This document shows positions 22,222 to 25,202 of a DNA stretch of 25,202 bases, in pieces; the first letter of the stretch is position 1, and each line of letters starts with the position of its first letter. The DNA lies in the IMG/VR virus record IMGVR_UViG_3300012200_000017, positions 1 through 25,202 of that record; one strand, written 5' to 3'. This DNA is from a virus (Duplodnaviria > Caudoviricetes). The notes below the pieces were generated by a model. The model ran no database searches, was not told where the DNA came from, and saw only the letters and a list, made by a program, of their open reading frames with translations. The translations under genes and the position numbers were made by a program.

Positions 22222-23523
22222 ATGAACAAGTTTCTGGAAAGTAGGTTTTTCTGGGTGGTCGGCTTTGCGGTGATCGTCCTCGCGTTCATGTTCTGTCCCG
22301 CGCATTTTGCGGCCATGACCATGTTCGCGTTTGGACTCGTATCCACCGCCAGGTCCACCAACGAAGCAATCTCTGAGACCGTACTCGTTCGCGATGTTCC
22401 GGATGAAGTCATGGTCTTGGACGGCGACATCACGCCTCTGACGGTCATGTCGGTAAACGCCAAACGTAAGAGAGCGTGTTTCAGTCCGCGCATTGAGAAG
22501 TTCGAGGACGACCTCCGGACGCTGTGGGGCTTTATGAACGCGGCGGCGGTCTCTTCGGCGGTCACCAACATTCTGGTGAACGACGGCACGCTGTTCGCCG
22601 TGGGCGATTTGCTTTGTGCCCCTCAGACGATGAGCGTAAGCACCGCCGACGAAGTGATGCGCGTCACGGCGATCGCCACGAACACCCTTACGGTAACCCG
22701 CGGAGTTGGCGGAAGTGGAGCCGACACTTTGGTCACCTCGCAGTCGCTGAGAATCATGGGCAGCGCCTACGCGGAAAACGCGGCATACGGAACGCCTCGC
22801 AGCACTTCGAAGACCACCATTCTCTCGTACACGCAAATTATCCGCGAGCCATTCGTGCTTTCGGAGACGATGCGTGCCTCGAAGACTTACGGTGGGCCGG
22901 AAGAGGACTACCAGGAACGTATGGCGCTTCTGAACTGGAAGAAGCAGTCGGAAGCCATGGCACTGTGGGGGCGTAAGTCTGAAACGCTGGCGGGCCCGGG
23001 CACCATCCGGACGACCATGGGTTTCAAGCCGCGCGTCACCACCAACGTCACCGATGCGGTCACCACGCTGACGTTGACGCTATTCAACACGTTCGGGCAG
23101 ACCGCCTTCCGATACAACCAGGGCCGGCCAAGGCTGTTCATTGCCGCGCCGATCTACATTTCCGGCATCAACTTCTTCTCACAGAACAAACTTCTTACCG
23201 AGGTCGGGCAAACGGTGTTTGGCGTTAAGGTGAAAACACTGTATTTGCCGCACGGTACGCTGATGCTGGCGAATAACTTCCTGCTGGAGGCCGGTATCTC
23301 CGGTCAGTCTGGCTATGAGGATGAAGCCTATGCGGTGGACCTTGCCAACGTGGAGTACCGCTACCTCAGCGCCAACGGAGTGAACCGCGATGTGAAGCTG
23401 TACCGCGACGTGAAGAAGGACGGTACGGACGGCCAATCCCATGAGTACAAAGGGGAGATCGGCTGGATATTCACCCAGGAGAAGAGCCACAGCCGGATGT
23501 ACGACGCCAAGGCATACGGCTAG
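22222..23523 (+). CDS. Major capsid protein (HK97 fold, SU10-MCP/DUF5309-like) with a hydrophobic N-terminal leader
   Basis: TPL, EKFED, SYTQII...LSET, EAMALWG, RTTMG, FGVKV and GEIG, plus the insertion domain EVMRVTAIATNTLTVTRG. It follows the scaffold and precedes a terminator. Confidence 0.87.
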   Translation: MNKFLESRFFWVVGFAVIVLAFMFCPAHFAAMTMFAFGLVSTARSTNEAISETVLVRDVPDEVMVLDGDITPLTVMSVNAKRKRACFSPRIEKFEDDLRTLWGFMNAAAVSSAVTNILVNDGTLFAVGDLLCAPQTMSVSTADEVMRVTAIATNTLTVTRGVGGSGADTLVTSQSLRIMGSAYAENAAYGTPRSTSKTTILSYTQIIREPFVLSETMRASKTYGGPEEDYQERMALLNWKKQSEAMALWGRKSETLAGPGTIRTTMGFKPRVTTNVTDAVTTLTLTLFNTFGQTAFRYNQGRPRLFIAAPIYISGINFFSQNKLLTEVGQTVFGVKVKTLYLPHGTLMLANNFLLEAGISGQSGYEDEAYAVDLANVEYRYLSANGVNRDVKLYRDVKKDGTDGQSHEYKGEIGWIFTQEKSHSRMYDAKAYG

Positions 23524-23546
23524 AACTTCTCCTCAGCGAGAAGATT

Positions 23547-23587
23547 GGGGGAAGGTATGTAGGGCTGGGGCCTTCCCCCTCTTTTTT
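23547..23587 (+). terminator. Rho-independent terminator after the MCP
   Basis: 9-bp stem GGGGGAAGG / CCTTCCCCC with a 15-nt loop, followed by TCTTTTTT. Confidence 0.75.
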
Positions 23588-23609
23588 GCATAAACCTGGA
23601 GGTTCTTGC

Positions 23610-24101
23610 ATGAGCAAGACGCTGCGGTGCATCAACTGTGAGAAGGAATTCAGGCTTGGAGCCTGGTTCAACTGCGAGGATAATCCCGCGCGGAAACACG
23701 TTGTCGAGAGCAAAACGTATTACAGCGACAGCGATTCCTTGCAGGTTCAGGCGATCGTAGAAACCAGAGTGCTTGGCAATAATGGAAATCCAATCCACAT
23801 CCCTGGTTTCATTGCCCAATTCCACAACGGCACGTTTTCCACGAGCGATCCGCAGGTTCAGGAAGTCCTTGACGTGCGCGTCCCGCAGAGCAAGGAGCAA
23901 TGGGCCGAGAAGCGCACAACTCCCGAGTTGAAAGCTGGCCGCGACCGCGCCATCATTTCTCAGCAGCAGGCCCTGATTGACGAGTTGAGAGCCAAGAACG
24001 AAGAGCTGGAAGCGCAGCGCAGGGAAAATGCTTCTACTTCCGAAGATGCTGACGCGGTGATGAGCGGGGCGAAGGGGAAAAGCAAAGCCGCGAAGAACTG
24101 A
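23610..24101 (+). CDS. Hypothetical protein with an N-terminal Cys/His cluster and a C-terminal coiled coil
   Basis: GGAGG RBS. CINC...C...H and LIDELRAKNEELEAQ. Confidence 0.7.
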   Translation: MSKTLRCINCEKEFRLGAWFNCEDNPARKHVVESKTYYSDSDSLQVQAIVETRVLGNNGNPIHIPGFIAQFHNGTFSTSDPQVQEVLDVRVPQSKEQWAEKRTTPELKAGRDRAIISQQQALIDELRAKNEELEAQRRENASTSEDADAVMSGAKGKSKAAKN

Positions 24102-24103
24102 CG

Positions 24104-24442
24104 ATGCCGTTCTACACCTGGAAGTGTTCCGACGGTCATGTGACCGAAAAGTTCCGCACCATCTCAAAACTCACAGAGACGGTGCAATGCTCCTTCAATA
24201 ACCCGCGTTGCAGAAAGAAGGCTCACCTCTTCCTGCAGACGGCGCCGGGCAATTCCAACCCGAATCGCATCTGGTTAGGTTCCGAAGTCCACGGCAAGAG
24301 AGTGAACTCCGACGAGGTGCGGCAAGATATCGAGGATGCCTGCTTGAAAGAAGAGCACCCAACCATCCCGAAGGATACGCTCGAGGCGATCGAGAAAACG
24401 CGGCTAGGCGTCAATCGAAAGGCGGCGGGCTTTGCGAATTGA
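24104..24442 (+). CDS. FmdB-like zinc-ribbon protein
   Basis: The start MPFYTWKCSDGH...QC....RC matches the MPxYxYxC pattern. Confidence 0.7.
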   Translation: MPFYTWKCSDGHVTEKFRTISKLTETVQCSFNNPRCRKKAHLFLQTAPGNSNPNRIWLGSEVHGKRVNSDEVRQDIEDACLKEEHPTIPKDTLEAIEKTRLGVNRKAAGFAN

Positions 24443-25202
24443 CCTCGCCGTTCCCGTCTACCGCGGGCTGATGAATCCACAGGCGAAGAACGCCATGGAT
24501 AGCCTGCTCCAATACTCGACGTGCTCCTGCTTCGCGCAGAACGCGGAACTTGCCAGGCAGATGTTCGAAGCGATCGAGAAGGGCGCCGGCAAGCGCGTTA
24601 GCATCACCCTCCCGAAGCACAACCCATTCCACGACCCAGGCCATTGTCCATACGGAAAGCACGATATTCGCGTTATCCCGCAGGTGAACGCTTGCGTGAT
24701 TCACTGGGCACGCAATGACCTCCTGGCCAGAAGTCGCAAGGATGCCGAATTCGTTCTCTTCAGCGACGACGACATCGTGCTCGAAAAGGACACTCTTGAG
24801 CGGCTGCTCGCGCACAAGAAGGACATCGTGGCTGGGCTTTGTACCAAGCGTGTCGATCCCCCCGAGCCAGTCTTCCGCCAGTGGCTGGACGAGATCCAGA
24901 ACTACGGAACGATTCTCAAGTGGCAGGAAGGAAAGCTGGTCGAGGTAGATGCCACTGGGACGGGGCTTCTCTTAATCTCCCGAAAGGTCATCGAGGAGAT
25001 GGCTCAGGCATACCACCCTGAATCGTATGCCGAGTACGGTGACGGCTTTTGGTTCGAGTTTTTGAGAGGCCCCCAAAACAAGGAATGGGGAGAAGACGTT
25101 TCGTTCTGCTGGAAGGCGCGGCGCCTGGGGTATCGCATCTTCGTGGATACCTCGATCGTTCCAGGTCACGTGGGCGAGTATCCCTACGGTGTGGCCGACT
25201 AC
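24432..25202 (+). CDS. GT-A (GT2-like) glycosyltransferase, 3'-truncated by the window edge, not in the ORF track
   Basis: Manual translation from TTG 24432: IDLAVPVY...WARNDLL...VLFSDDDIV (DxD)...DIVAGL...TGTGLLLISRKV...GEDVSFC...GHVG. No stop before the window end. Confidence 0.88.
   Translation, partial: MRIDLAVPVYRGLMNPQAKNAMDSLLQYSTCSCFAQNAELARQMFEAIEKGAGKRVSITLPKHNPFHDPGHCPYGKHDIRVIPQVNACVIHWARNDLLARSRKDAEFVLFSDDDIVLEKDTLERLLAHKKDIVAGLCTKRVDPPEPVFRQWLDEIQNYGTILKWQEGKLVEVDATGTGLLLISRKVIEEMAQAYHPESYAEYGDGFWFEFLRGPQNKEWGEDVSFCWKARRLGYRIFVDTSIVPGHVGEYPYGVADY

Noticed and set aside
1-25202. Stop-codon reassignment, CRISPR array, tRNA, DGR or invertase system
   Set aside because: TAA, TAG and TGA all end genes at sensible boundaries. 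I saw no spaced repeats, cloverleaf, reverse transcriptase or recombinase. The duplicated fibre module differs at synonymous sites rather than specifically at adenines.

Overview
This window is part of a tailed dsDNA phage or prophage (Caudoviricetes) with a P22/podovirus-type head module. Coding is dense and entirely on the + strand, with many ATGA/TGATG start-stop overlaps. The recognisable core genes are a 5'-truncated N4/N6 DNA methyltransferase, a terminase large subunit split into two genes (ATPase 935-1651 and nuclease 6077-7081, about 4.4 kb apart), a portal (7085-9286), a scaffold-like protein (20939-22207) and a major capsid protein (22222-23523). About 30 accessory genes are interleaved among them. 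They include two glycosyltransferases, an NDP-sugar epimerase, two SAM methyltransferases, an M15 peptidase, ASCH, J-domain, cold-shock and wHTH proteins, and zinc-finger proteins. The most unusual signal is six Gly/Ser/Thr-rich, Cys-paired, fibre/decoration-like proteins that all carry Sec-type signal peptides, plus a capsid protein that starts with a hydrophobic leader. This suggests an extracytoplasmic virion-maturation route. Two copies of a TTGACA-N19-TAGACT promoter motif precede the fibre and head operons. All family calls come from reading motifs by eye, and no database search was run.
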